Part shown: positions 19,920 through 29,175 of the stretch, piece after piece
Layout of the letters: each line of letters starts with the position of its first letter
Position numbering within the stretch: position 1 is the stretch's first letter
Virus record (IMG/VR): IMGVR_UViG_640753023_000013
Source of the DNA: a virus
Lineage: Duplodnaviria; Heunggongvirae; Uroviricota; Caudoviricetes
DNA: 40,738 bases
Strand: one strand, 5' to 3'
Notes under the pieces: generated by a model
Databases searched by the model: none
What the model was told of the DNA's origin: nothing
What the model saw: only the letters and a program-made list of their open reading frames with translations
Made by a program: the position numbers and the translations under genes

Positions 19920-20524
19920 CAGGACAACCTCGCAATGGTAAACTCGTCAACCGGTGGCTGTGGTTCCTGTGATTCATTCTGGCTATGCGAGCCAGCACTA
20001 AGAATCACGCGATTGTACATATTGAGGGCAAACGTACCGAGGTCTGCATTCCCAGTCAGCGCCATGTTAATAGCTGCCGCAAGACGCCAGGCCAACGCCT
20101 CCATAAAAATGGCATCAAACATGTTCACATCTGAAACGCGAGAGACATACTTGAGCCATGCCTGAGGCTGGTCTGTGTAGATCAACTTTCCTGTTCCGTT
20201 GGTGTCTGCACCAACTTCGTACTGAACGCGCATTGCTGCTGTTGGATTGCGTACACCAGGAAGCATAATTTCAGTAATGCGCAGACAATCTGACGGGTAC
20301 TGATACGCATATTCCCAGTCAGGCGGTGGATTGCTCGTATCTGCAAGCGCCACGCGTTTGGTAGCAAAGTTCCAGTCAAAATCAGAAAGCACAGCATCAC
20401 GGCAGGCCTCAAAGTGCAGCGAACATTCCCCCGCTTCCTTGCTGGCTTCCGTCAGGCTGTTAATGCTGCGGCTATTGCCAATATTGGACAGCGCACGATT
20501 GCAGATCTCTACTACAGAGGCCAT
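19919..20524 (-). CDS. Tail adaptor (tail tubular A / gp11-like)
   Basis: 201 aa, N-terminal pattern resembling T7 gp11-type proteins; synteny. Confidence 0.5.
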   Translation of the reverse strand: MASVVEICNRALSNIGNSRSINSLTEASKEAGECSLHFEACRDAVLSDFDWNFATKRVALADTSNPPPDWEYAYQYPSDCLRITEIMLPGVRNPTAAMRVQYEVGADTNGTGKLIYTDQPQAWLKYVSRVSDVNMFDAIFMEALAWRLAAAINMALTGNADLGTFALNMYNRVILSAGSHSQNESQEPQPPVDEFTIARLS

Positions 20525-20847
20525 TACTCACCCCCATTGCCGTACAGGGTTTCAGCCGCTGATTTTTCTACATCCCCGGAAACAGGAGCGATCGCCATAT
20601 CAGTGATCTGCAGATCGGCGCTGCGATTAACACCATCGTCAGTTTCTCTGGCAGACAGGCCTCGAATAACAGCCTTTGCAGTTATCATCACTTCTGTTCC
20701 GACGCCCTGAGGTTGCGCCTTCAGCTTATTCAATGTGTCGTTATTAAGAGTGATGCACAGCCCCCACGGGTATTCATCGCGAGTTCTGGTTTCTCCGCTC
20801 TCATCCTGGTAGCTGTCAGTGCCGGTTTTGAGGTTTACGAGTTCCAT
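20524..20847 (-). CDS. Hypothetical head-tail protein
   Basis: ATG at 20847 with AGGAG RBS. Confidence 0.5.
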   Translation of the reverse strand: MELVNLKTGTDSYQDESGETRTRDEYPWGLCITLNNDTLNKLKAQPQGVGTEVMITAKAVIRGLSARETDDGVNRSADLQITDMAIAPVSGDVEKSAAETLYGNGGE

Positions 20848-20897
20848 ATACACTCCTGCAATAAAGGGGCCGAAGCCCCTTGTCTGATTCGCGAGGC

Positions 20898-21233
20898 TTA
20901 CACGCCCAGTTCTTTACGCTTATCTGCGATCTTCTCGCGGAGCGTTTCTGCTTTGGCGTTATGGTGTGGCTTCTCGTTAAAGAGCAATTCGTACTCTTCA
21001 CGGAGCTTATCCAGTTCACCATCATCTGACACATCGTTGATGATTTTGGTGCTGGTTGCTGCCATTGACACCTTTCCTGCAACTTTTGCTTTTGCCTGTC
21101 TGGCTGCATCGTTAACAGGTTCCAGTGCGCTACCAGGCTCACCTTCGTATTCGATTTCTGCCCCCTCCGGCCACAGAGTGTTATGGATATGAGAGAGGCG
21201 CAGAACGCGGTATCTTGGTTTCTCACCTGACAT
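20898..21233 (-). CDS. Hypothetical head protein
   Basis: ATG at 21233 with AAGGTG RBS. Confidence 0.5.
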   Translation of the reverse strand: MSGEKPRYRVLRLSHIHNTLWPEGAEIEYEGEPGSALEPVNDAARQAKAKVAGKVSMAATSTKIINDVSDDGELDKLREEYELLFNEKPHHNAKAETLREKIADKRKELGV

Positions 21234-21243
21234 CGATATCACC

Positions 21244-21681
21244 TTAACCAGTTACTTTTGAGCGGATCGGATACGGCGTATTGGCATCAACATCAAGACT
21301 GATACCAGCAGTGAATTCGCCAGCCGTTAGTGGGCCGGTTGCGACGGAGTAGTTAACACGCAGATATCGCTGAACACCGGCAGGCACCTTTGCAGAAACA
21401 ACTCGCTTACCTGCTGTCAGGGTGGTCTTTGCCAGTGCACCACTATCATAAATAGTGGTCCATGAGCTGTTATCCTCACTCGTCTGCAACTGGATGTTTA
21501 CAGTTGCATCACCGCTTGCTGCGGCGGCTGTGTTAACCAGCGCCCAAAATTCAAGCGGGTAACCCACGCCGATATCACGACGTTTTCCGTCAATTGGACC
21601 GAGATCGATTACGTCAGTAGAAGCCGCGGTATTCGTAACCGCCTGAGCTTCGGAGAACATCAACAGTTTGTCGGTGATCAT
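21244..21681 (-). CDS. Capsid accessory/decoration-like protein
   Basis: 145 aa directly after the capsid gene, GGAGA RBS. Confidence 0.5.
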   Translation of the reverse strand: MITDKLLMFSEAQAVTNTAASTDVIDLGPIDGKRRDIGVGYPLEFWALVNTAAAASGDATVNIQLQTSEDNSSWTTIYDSGALAKTTLTAGKRVVSAKVPAGVQRYLRVNYSVATGPLTAGEFTAGISLDVDANTPYPIRSKVTG

Positions 21682-21732
21682 CTTCTTTCTCCATTAGTGG
21701 GTCTGTTACGACCCACAGGTTAATAACAGGCG

Positions 21733-22725
21733 TTACACCACGCGGGCTTCTGTTTCCAGAAGCGCATCAGTTTCACGGATTGGTACACCACGGAATGACG
21801 TCCACCACTCGCCTTCAGTCTCTTTTACGCTAATCGCCAGAGATGTTTTCTCCAGAGACTGCAGATCAAGAGCCTGGCCTACAGTGCGGTTCATGTAGAA
21901 CACCGGGCGGCCCATGCCACGGTTTGGAATGCGATGCAGTGCTTTAACCATCAACTTCGCAATATTTGCGGCAGAGGAAGGTTCTGAAAGATTGCTGACA
22001 TCGATGTTTGCAATGCGAACAACATAACGCCAGTCACGCAGAGCAAGTCCGTTATCCCATTTGTAATGGGTACGGTAGCCTTCGTACTTGCCGCCATCAG
22101 CATCTTCCAGTGTCACCTGGCCTTTATCTTCCATCTGAATGCCAGCCTTCTGCCCTTTCGGGAAGATGCCATGCACGGTGTTTTCGCCCCACACCACTAA
22201 CCAGATTGAGGTGTTATCTGTACCCGTGCCACCAGCATCAATGATGTTCTGAGCATTACCTGCAGACAGGCTGGAATAGCGGGAGGACAGTCCCATAAAT
22301 TGCTGAGGGTTAACGCTGGAATCACCATAAAACAGCGTCTGCGCCATCTGCTGATTCATCGCTTCAATAAATGCTCGGTCTTCAGACAGGCGGAATTCGG
22401 CAGTATTACCGTTCAGATCAGCCAGAGACTTATCGACTTCAGCATAGGTTTCCAGCATGCCAATGGAATCAGTGACCTGCACCGTTGTTGATTTGCTCGG
22501 TTGTACGCCATAGTTCAGCAAACGCCAGGTAGCTGAAGGCAAACCAGAACGAATGGTGGTTCGGTGTCCGGTAGGAAGGTTTCCTTCAACAAAAGGCATA
22601 TCCTGAAGGATTGGGTTGGTTTGACTGAGAAGCTCGATAATCTTATCGACTTTCCCATCTTTATCTACGCGCTTCCCCCAGTCAGCCAGTGTCAGCGCAG
22701 TTAAGCCTTTAACAGCCATTGTCAT
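21733..22725 (-). CDS. Major capsid protein (by size and synteny)
   Basis: About 330 aa following scaffold; alternative ATG at 22719 has better RBS spacing. Confidence 0.65.
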   Translation of the reverse strand: MTMAVKGLTALTLADWGKRVDKDGKVDKIIELLSQTNPILQDMPFVEGNLPTGHRTTIRSGLPSATWRLLNYGVQPSKSTTVQVTDSIGMLETYAEVDKSLADLNGNTAEFRLSEDRAFIEAMNQQMAQTLFYGDSSVNPQQFMGLSSRYSSLSAGNAQNIIDAGGTGTDNTSIWLVVWGENTVHGIFPKGQKAGIQMEDKGQVTLEDADGGKYEGYRTHYKWDNGLALRDWRYVVRIANIDVSNLSEPSSAANIAKLMVKALHRIPNRGMGRPVFYMNRTVGQALDLQSLEKTSLAISVKETEGEWWTSFRGVPIRETDALLETEARVV

Positions 22726-22733
22726 TTCCTCTC

Positions 22734-23435
22734 TTATTTGCCATAAAGCACTTCGGCCGCACTACGCTGGCCTTCATTACTACCGGAGACCATGCCATCT
22801 TCAGACATCGCCTTTCCGATTTTCACGAACGTTTTGACCAGATCAGGGTGATTACCCAGTCCGGTGGTGTTCAGATATTCTTTGAGTTCAGGTGTCCCGA
22901 ACTGGTCAAGCGCACGCTGTGCGGCGCTAAGGTTAGAAATCAACTTGTCGCCACCGATTTCTTTGTCAGCTTTTACATCCGCAGCCCACTGCTCGGTTGT
23001 TTTCTGCCAGGCTTCTGCCTGGCGCTGCTGAACACCTGCCAGAATCTTCGGATAAGCATCAACCAACTTTTGCGCTTGCTCGTTGGTCAGGTTAAGTTCT
23101 CGCGCCACCGGCTCGAATTCCTTCAACGCTTCTGTATCCAGCTCTACGCCTTCGGCAGCCTGAAACTCGTACTTCTCAGGCGCACCCTCTGGTTTATCGC
23201 CGTCCTTTTTTTCATCCTGCTTATCGTTTTCAGGCTTTTTGTCATCAGCAGGTTTATCGCCATCAGCAACAGGTTGTGGCTTATCACCTTCCTGTTGTGA
23301 TGGATCACCAACTGGAGCAGGGTTATCACCTGCAGGCGCTGACGGTTCTGACGCAGCCGGAGCTGTTCCACCATCGACTGGTTGCTCATTGCAAAGACGG
23401 CGATACAGCAAACGCTCAAATAAATTCATGATCAC
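22734..23435 (-). CDS. Scaffolding protein
   Basis: Acidic/Lys-rich, Pro/Ala-rich low-complexity N-terminal half, between portal and capsid genes. Confidence 0.6.
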   Translation of the reverse strand: MIMNLFERLLYRRLCNEQPVDGGTAPAASEPSAPAGDNPAPVGDPSQQEGDKPQPVADGDKPADDKKPENDKQDEKKDGDKPEGAPEKYEFQAAEGVELDTEALKEFEPVARELNLTNEQAQKLVDAYPKILAGVQQRQAEAWQKTTEQWAADVKADKEIGGDKLISNLSAAQRALDQFGTPELKEYLNTTGLGNHPDLVKTFVKIGKAMSEDGMVSGSNEGQRSAAEVLYGK

Positions 23436-23728
23436 TCCTGTTCACTGGCCTCTTTGGCCATCTTCAAATACTGTTCAGGGCAATGCGCCATAACGCGCTG
23501 AAACAGCTCCAGCGCCAGATTGCGTTGCCCCTCATTAAATGCCATTGCCATAGCGTCCATCGGAGAGATAGCGGAAAACACCCGGCCTTTCTCCAGCACA
23601 GACCAGACAACGCGACGCCCCTGTTCACTGCTCATGACAAAGCGAATGTCATCAATTTCACGCTGCGCCATGTCACGTTGCTTACGGGCGTTTTCTTCTT
23701 TCAGTTGATCGTCTTCGTAATCTGTCAT
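23432..23728 (-). CDS. Hypothetical head morphogenesis protein
   Basis: 98 aa, overlaps portal stop and scaffold start. Confidence 0.5.
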   Translation of the reverse strand: MTDYEDDQLKEENARKQRDMAQREIDDIRFVMSSEQGRRVVWSVLEKGRVFSAISPMDAMAMAFNEGQRNLALELFQRVMAHCPEQYLKMAKEASEQE

Positions 23729-25404
23729 TGTGATTGCCCACCCTGACCACTAACTGCATTCGCCATAGCTGACAAAACACTCGGATCCGAAGTTTTAGCT
23801 TCGCTTAGCGTCTTGGCACCCTGTGCCGCCGCCATCCCCATCGCCATCATTTGTTGCTGCTGTTGCTGCTGTGCCCGTTGCTGGCGAGCCTGCTCAACCT
23901 GTTCCTGCGGAACAATGACGGTTGGAGACACTCCGGACATATCAGCGAATGCATCGATCGCCTGATCAACGTTGAGTTTGTCGAGAGCTTCTGGTTTCCC
24001 TTGCGCAAGTTGACCAATGAAGTTAACCGTGGACGCCAGACTGGACAGGCCGATAGACTTCTGCGCCTGAGCCATGACGGAAATGTATTCGACCTTCAGG
24101 GGCATGCCTTCCATCGCGTCAGGCGGTGGCGGCAGCATGTTTTTACGCACCATCATCGAGAAAGCGCGGTCAATGAGAGGATTAAGACATTCGTCGTTCA
24201 GACGCTCCAGAACCGGCCCCAACATCAGAAGTTTTTCTTCTTTCATTTCGATCACCGCTTCAACAGGCATCGAGCGGGTATTGATGTTCTGCAACATCAT
24301 GAACAGATCGACGAAGTAGGCGCTGTTGATGGTCTGCCGCGTATCTTGGATGTCGCTGATTAAATCCGCAGTGTTAGGGTTAACCTGATAAACAGGCCTT
24401 AATCCTTCCTGTCCAGTCAGTTGATCTACGTATGTGACGCCACCAGGAAGTAACGAAACACTCTGTGTTCTGAGGGTGGTAGGGGCAACCATCGGAGGGT
24501 TTGTCACTTTGTCGATGATCTGCGACTTGCGCTTCTGAAGAAGCTGCAATGCCTTAACAGGTCCAAGCGCCAGCATACCCGGGCATGATGATCCATAAAC
24601 ATCCTCGCCGTTAACTTCCCAGCGCGGAGCCATAATTGGAAACTCATCGAATCCGGACTCACGCAACAACTTGTCGTTATCGCCGCCAACCTCGTAATAA
24701 ACCGATTTGAATGGCTTGTTCTTGCTATCCAGCTTCGATGTATCGCGGTCAATGTTCGGGTAAACCGAATGCATCACTTCGATCCACTTCTCGTAGGTGC
24801 CGCTTTCCCACATGCTTTTTACGGATTCGCTGACGTTATTTAGCCCGAACTCCTGAACAAGCTGACGAACAGTCATAGAGAACTTGCGAAAACAGGTGTC
24901 AACACTGCCACGAGGTGAGTTAGCCAGGTAGTAACTGCCTATCGGGAATGGCATTGTGCGAATGATGTCCTCGTCATCCTCCAGCACTGCCATTGCACCA
25001 GTGCTGTATGTGCCGAGGCTTCCGTATAACTGCGGCAGCGACTGATAGAGATTCGACTTATTGAACATATCGTTCATGCGGTTCTGCACCGCCTCAAGCC
25101 ACAACTTAACAGGGCCATAATCCATCATTTCAGGATCTGGCGTAGCCAGGCGAAACCACGGACGCGCGGGGCTTGTGATGCCTGACATCATGCCGCTGGC
25201 GAGAGTGCGCGCCGCCATAGTCCCGGTCGAATCAATAATACGTGTATTGCGTCGATCGTTACGGTTGACCTCAGAAGTCAGAAAGCGGGAACCACGCGGG
25301 TTGATATAATCACTCAACTCGCGCCAGTGCGGCTCGAACGACTGACGCTCGCTTTCAAGTTGTGCGAACTGTTTGTTCAATCGCTCTTTAGTTGTTTCCG
25401 CCAT
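23725..25404 (-). CDS. Portal protein
   Basis: 559 aa, GGAG RBS, position and size. Confidence 0.7.
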   Translation of the reverse strand: MAETTKERLNKQFAQLESERQSFEPHWRELSDYINPRGSRFLTSEVNRNDRRNTRIIDSTGTMAARTLASGMMSGITSPARPWFRLATPDPEMMDYGPVKLWLEAVQNRMNDMFNKSNLYQSLPQLYGSLGTYSTGAMAVLEDDEDIIRTMPFPIGSYYLANSPRGSVDTCFRKFSMTVRQLVQEFGLNNVSESVKSMWESGTYEKWIEVMHSVYPNIDRDTSKLDSKNKPFKSVYYEVGGDNDKLLRESGFDEFPIMAPRWEVNGEDVYGSSCPGMLALGPVKALQLLQKRKSQIIDKVTNPPMVAPTTLRTQSVSLLPGGVTYVDQLTGQEGLRPVYQVNPNTADLISDIQDTRQTINSAYFVDLFMMLQNINTRSMPVEAVIEMKEEKLLMLGPVLERLNDECLNPLIDRAFSMMVRKNMLPPPPDAMEGMPLKVEYISVMAQAQKSIGLSSLASTVNFIGQLAQGKPEALDKLNVDQAIDAFADMSGVSPTVIVPQEQVEQARQQRAQQQQQQQMMAMGMAAAQGAKTLSEAKTSDPSVLSAMANAVSGQGGQSQ

Positions 25405-25418
25405 TTCAATGACTCCGG

Positions 25419-25625
25419 TTACTGACCAAGTAGCGTTTTACCGCTGGTATTAGCGGTTGATGTGTCGCCCTGAGAACCGGTAAGCAGCGTAGAACTACGA
25501 CCAGCAGCAGCGCGACGGCGACGTGTTTCTTCGTCGCGGGCATCAACAACGGCGGCATCCTGCTCCTGTGGTGCTGCCTGAACTTCTGGTGTTGCAGGCA
25601 CTGATGGTGAGCTACCCATGCACAT
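25419..25625 (-). CDS. Small hypothetical protein upstream of portal
   Basis: 68 aa, GGAG RBS; the overlapping 25406-25645 frame looks spurious. Confidence 0.35.
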   Translation of the reverse strand: MCMGSSPSVPATPEVQAAPQEQDAAVVDARDEETRRRRAAAGRSSTLLTGSQGDTSTANTSGKTLLGQ

Positions 25626-25715
25626 ATCAATGACTCCGTACGCAATTAAATTATTACCAATTTAACCACATATGATTTATTTATCGTAGATAGTTGACAT
25701 TTAACGCACAAATTA

Positions 25716-25730
25716 TTACCTTTCAGGTAG
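25716..25730. promoter_or_regulatory. Operator palindrome TTACC-TTTCA-GGTAg (site 3, one mismatch), next to a TTGACA -35-like hexamer at 25694-25699
   Basis: Same core and flank as site 1. Confidence 0.5.
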
Positions 25731-26052
25731 CTAAAGAGTTCATTCCGGTTACTAACCTGACTGGCTTGTCGTTAAATTGAACAGGTGGAGTGAGCTTTTG
25801 TTTTGAGCAGTACGGCGTATGGCACATGCGCCGATAGCGGTCTGGATACGTTTAAGGGGCACCCTCCCTTGCTCGGGCAAACGAACCAGGTAGCCGGAAT
25901 GTGCAAGTCGAGCGGTTTTATTCCGCGCACGGGGATTCACCATCCCGGCGATTCGGTGTGACGCCTCGGAAGAGACGAGGGTACAACGATGAGAGCATTT
26001 ATGGAGCCGCGACAAAGTGTGGCGCCTTAACAGGCTAAGTGCTCTCAGCGTT

Positions 26053-26129
26053 GTGGCATTAGCTCAGTTGGACAGAGCAACCGCCTTCTAAGCGGTTGGT
26101 CGCGGGTTCGAATCCTGCATGCCACGCCA
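26053..26129 (+). tRNA. tRNA-Arg (anticodon TCT, reads AGA), phage-encoded
   Basis: Cloverleaf: acceptor GTGGCAT/ATGCCAC, anticodon stem ACCGC/GCGGT with loop CTTCTAA, T-loop GGTTCGAATCC, genomic CCA; differs from E. coli argU in acceptor and anticodon stems. Confidence 0.9.
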
Positions 26130-26292
26130 GAATCACGCCTAAGGACCGTGATGCCAGAAGTTCCAGGTACTTGGCGGTGATGGTTTCCCTTGAAGGACTA
26201 TCACCGCTCTTTTTACAGCAGGACGCCATTGCGATGACTTCATGCTGTAAACCCGTACAGCCACGGAAGGCATAACTCATTGCTTCCAGTTC

Positions 26293-26316
26293 GCCCGGTT
26301 CGCCGGGCATTTTTTT
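26293..26316 (+). terminator. Rho-independent terminator after the tRNA
   Basis: GCCCGG-ttcg-CCGGGC followed by atttttt. Confidence 0.65.
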
Positions 26317-26327
26317 AAGGTGAGATT

Positions 26328-26708
26328 ATGAACGACCAGCAAATCGAAAAAGAAATTGTTGAGAAAGGCAAAACGGCACCGCGAATCACTCCTCAGCACA
26401 TCGAAGACGTGATTAAAAGCGAGCATTACTTTACTGCTTATGATGGACGTAATGGTGCAATTTCCAGCAACGAATATTGTGGCAGAGAAAAACCAGAAGA
26501 AGGTGATCGTGATTTATCACCATTGAAGTTGCTCACTTTCTGCGTACTGGTGCTGAAGAATGGCTTCACCGTCACCGGAGAGAGCGCCTGTGCAAGCCCG
26601 GAAAATTTTGATGCAGAAATTGGTCGGAAGATTGCCCGGCAGAATGCTGTAAACAAAATCTGGATGCTTGAAGGTTACTTGCTGAAGCAGAAGTTAAGCG
26701 AGCAATAA
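26328..26708 (+). CDS. Phage protein of the gp49/gene-66 type (unknown function)
   Basis: 126 aa on the opposite strand to its neighbours; family assignment from recalled similarity only. Confidence 0.55.
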   Translation: MNDQQIEKEIVEKGKTAPRITPQHIEDVIKSEHYFTAYDGRNGAISSNEYCGREKPEEGDRDLSPLKLLTFCVLVLKNGFTVTGESACASPENFDAEIGRKIARQNAVNKIWMLEGYLLKQKLSEQ

Positions 26709-26712
26709 CACC

Positions 26713-26724
26713 GTGACATGTCAC
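26713..26724. repeat. Palindrome GTGACATGTCAC (copy 2 of 3)
   Basis: Perfect 12-bp palindrome 5 nt after the stop of the 26328 gene. Confidence 0.7.
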
Positions 26725-26728
26725 AAAC

Positions 26729-26755
26729 AGCCAGCCTATGAGCTGGCTTTGTTTT
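26729..26755 (+). terminator. Rho-independent terminator
   Basis: AGCCAGC-ctatga-GCTGGCT followed by ttgtttt. Confidence 0.65.
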
Positions 26756-26798
26756 ATCCTCACCAGAGGATATCAACGACATTATCCCCACCAGCGGA

Positions 26799-28274
26799 TT
26801 AAGCATAGGGATCGTAATCTGTGATGGCCTTGCCTTGCTGGTTCTGCTGCCCGGGAATTCGCAGACGCTTCGACACAGGGAACGCAAACGTCAGCAGTAG
26901 CGCATCGCCTTTACCCGGCGAACGCCCAAGTCGCTCTTTGATATCTTCCTTCGGTTCGATAACGATTTTACCGTCCACGCGAACTTTGTACTCTGCCGCC
27001 GACAGGTCGTCCGCTGTTTCCTGGTCATCCAGCATGCCGCCCAGCCTCAGCCATGTCTTGCATGAGTTGAACATCTCCCCACGCTTGTTAAGCATCTGCG
27101 GGTCAGTAGACGCGCCACCGAACGGAACAAGTTGCCATGTACGCCCCCAACCGTCACCGATTGACTTCAGACCGGTACCGTAACCGAAGTCGATGAACAC
27201 CGCGTCAGCCTGGTACTGGTCTTCAAAGTCAGCGATACGCTTCGCCATAATCAGATCGTCGGTGGTCTTGTTGCCAGTCCACAGCACCTTACTGTGTAGC
27301 CCCTGCCGCAGGTATATCACAGCGTCATCAACGCCGGAGTATGCCGGGTCAACGCCGATTATCACCGGAGAATGTGCAACCTGCGCAGCGGTTACCACCC
27401 GTTTCATTGCCTCGTCAGTAAGACCGGTAGGGATAAACTGCAATTCAGATGCATCAGGGAATATGCCACGCACACGGATTTTAACGAAGTCGCTGTCTTC
27501 CCCGTAGTCATCAACCCATTTCTGCAACTGCTGTTTGTTGGTACCTTCCACCGTCCGACTGTCAATCTGCGCAGTTTTCCAGCGGTGTTTATACTTGCGG
27601 AAACATTCACGGAAACGTCCGGTATTACGCGTCGGGTTTCCGAACGCCACCCAGATAATCTCAGTGTCTTCGTCCGTTAGCGCACCCTCGGCAACTTCCC
27701 ACACCAGATCCGCAATGTTCGACGCTTCATCGAATACCACGATGATGCGTTTGCGCTCGTTGTGTAGTCCGGCGAATGCCTCAGTGTTGTGCTCAGACCA
27801 GGGTATTGCGTCAGCCCGCCACCGCTTGTCGTGCCCTGGGTCATTGCTGTACATCGCGGTAGCAGTACAGGTAAACCAGTCTTTCGTGATAGCAAGGTTC
27901 GACCACTTGATAATTTCCGGCCAGGTCTTCGTTCGTAGCTGGTTGTCGGTGTTGGCGGTCACCACGACCTTACAATCCTCGCAAGTGGACATGCCCCAGT
28001 TGATCAGCATTGAGATGAATGCGGATTTACCAATACCGTGACCAGAAGCGCGTGCCAGCATAAGCGGCTGATAGCGCGTCTCTGGATTCTGCAGGTGATC
28101 ACGTATCTCTCGGAACGCATCAGCCTGCCATTGACGTGGGCCGGTAGCATGTGCCAGTTCAGTCCCCTCTTCCCCCCACGGGAACGCATAGAGGGCATAG
28201 CCAAGCGGATCGTGAGTGAACCCTGCAATATCCTCGATCAACTGCTCTTCAGGAGATAACGCTGTATCTGTCAC
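26799..28274 (-). CDS. Terminase large subunit
   Basis: Walker A-like GHGIGKS, 491 aa, GTG start overlapping terminase small stop. Confidence 0.85.
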   Translation of the reverse strand: MTDTALSPEEQLIEDIAGFTHDPLGYALYAFPWGEEGTELAHATGPRQWQADAFREIRDHLQNPETRYQPLMLARASGHGIGKSAFISMLINWGMSTCEDCKVVVTANTDNQLRTKTWPEIIKWSNLAITKDWFTCTATAMYSNDPGHDKRWRADAIPWSEHNTEAFAGLHNERKRIIVVFDEASNIADLVWEVAEGALTDEDTEIIWVAFGNPTRNTGRFRECFRKYKHRWKTAQIDSRTVEGTNKQQLQKWVDDYGEDSDFVKIRVRGIFPDASELQFIPTGLTDEAMKRVVTAAQVAHSPVIIGVDPAYSGVDDAVIYLRQGLHSKVLWTGNKTTDDLIMAKRIADFEDQYQADAVFIDFGYGTGLKSIGDGWGRTWQLVPFGGASTDPQMLNKRGEMFNSCKTWLRLGGMLDDQETADDLSAAEYKVRVDGKIVIEPKEDIKERLGRSPGKGDALLLTFAFPVSKRLRIPGQQNQQGKAITDYDPYA

Positions 28275-28867
28275 TGATTACCATCCTGACGTTCTTTGAG
28301 TCGCTTCCTGGCTGCTGCTATGCGATCAGCAATTGTCACTTTCACATTAACATCCAGGCGTTCTTTGAATGCGTTGACGTCGACGTGCTTACCAATCAGT
28401 TCGAGGTTCTTCACCTTGTCAGGCCATTTAATTTTTTTGAGGATTGTCTCTATCGAATCCTCGTTCATGTTCATGATGGTCGATGACAGATCAAAGCCAC
28501 TAAGCGTAGTGCGCCAGATTTTCGGCCACTCGCGGATTGGCTTAAGGCTCCCATCGTCGTTGAGGATGTCGATCACGTCCATCTGGTCGATCTCCACCAG
28601 GCGCATGAGAACGTAATCAGCACTGACGCGCATTCGTTTGTTGCGCTCCTCCATCAACTCGGCAATCCGTTTTTGAATGCGTTCATCGCGCATCATGACA
28701 CTGGCTTTAACTGCCGCTGTATTTGGGGAGAATCCTGCGTTAATCGCTGCCTGAGTCTGGTTTTCAGGCGTTTTGATGTATGACTGGCAATAAGCCTCCT
28801 GCATTGCTGTGAGCGGCTTAAATTGCGTTGATTTGCGTTTATAGGTTTTAGGTTCAGCAGGCATCAT
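28271..28867 (-). CDS. Terminase small subunit (start revised from the TTG at 28945)
   Basis: ATG at 28867/28864 with GGTGG RBS; region 28868-28945 holds an operator palindrome and a terminator. Confidence 0.55.
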   Translation of the reverse strand: MMPAEPKTYKRKSTQFKPLTAMQEAYCQSYIKTPENQTQAAINAGFSPNTAAVKASVMMRDERIQKRIAELMEERNKRMRVSADYVLMRLVEIDQMDVIDILNDDGSLKPIREWPKIWRTTLSGFDLSSTIMNMNEDSIETILKKIKWPDKVKNLELIGKHVDVNAFKERLDVNVKVTIADRIAAARKRLKERQDGNQ

Positions 28868-28884
28868 AACCACCATGGTAATAG

Positions 28885-28899
28885 TTACCGTTGTGGTAA
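28885..28899. promoter_or_regulatory. Operator palindrome TTACC-GTTGT-GGTAA (site 4, perfect), 18 nt upstream of the terminase small start
   Basis: Perfect half-sites. Confidence 0.55.
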
Positions 28900-28910
28900 T
28901 AGTACCATGC

Positions 28911-28936
28911 AAAATAAAGCCGCCATAGTTGGCGGC
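28911..28936 (-). terminator. Rho-independent terminator on the minus strand just upstream of the terminase genes
   Basis: GCCGCC-aactat-GGCGGC followed by tttatttt on the minus strand. Confidence 0.55.
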
Positions 28937-28941
28937 AGTAT

Positions 28942-29154
28942 TCAAAGTCCATCAAATTCATCGTAAAAACTCTCGTCAAGATACCCTTCCCATTTACCGC
29001 GAATGAAAATTACATCCTCGCCGCAAGGGTGCTGACTGTCGATAACTATATCCCTCCTGGCGCAACCATACTTATGCATGAGAAATTTAACCTCTTTCGG
29101 AAAATTTGCTGAGTTATCTCTCATATCTTCAAGGTCGTAGCGTATTTTTGGCAT
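28942..29154 (-). CDS. Hypothetical protein
   Basis: ATG at 29154 with GAAGG RBS (track starts at a GTG at 29175). Confidence 0.45.
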   Translation of the reverse strand: MPKIRYDLEDMRDNSANFPKEVKFLMHKYGCARRDIVIDSQHPCGEDVIFIRGKWEGYLDESFYDEFDGL

Positions 29155-29163
29155 AACACCTTC

Positions 29164-29175
29164 GTGACATGTCAC
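29164..29175. repeat. Palindrome GTGACATGTCAC (copy 3 of 3)
   Basis: Perfect 12-bp palindrome at the junction of the 29172-29519 and 28942-29154 genes. Confidence 0.7.

Noticed and set aside
25752-26015. 87-aa minus-strand ORF (also 25406-25645)
   Set aside because: Arg/His/Cys-rich composition, no RBS, competing frames; region treated as non-coding.
26053-26129. tRNA-Arg as the integration site separating two tandem prophages
   Set aside because: Terminase genes to the right and portal/capsid genes to the left belong to one packaging module, the integrase is 13 kb away, and the tRNA differs from host argU; it is therefore called phage-encoded.
26059-26310. 83-aa minus-strand ORF overlapping the tRNA
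   Set aside because: It overlaps the tRNA and a terminator and has no RBS; likely an artefact.
28868-28945. TTG start at 28945 for terminase small
   Set aside because: The extension covers a terminator hairpin and an operator palindrome; ATG at 28867/28864 with RBS preferred.
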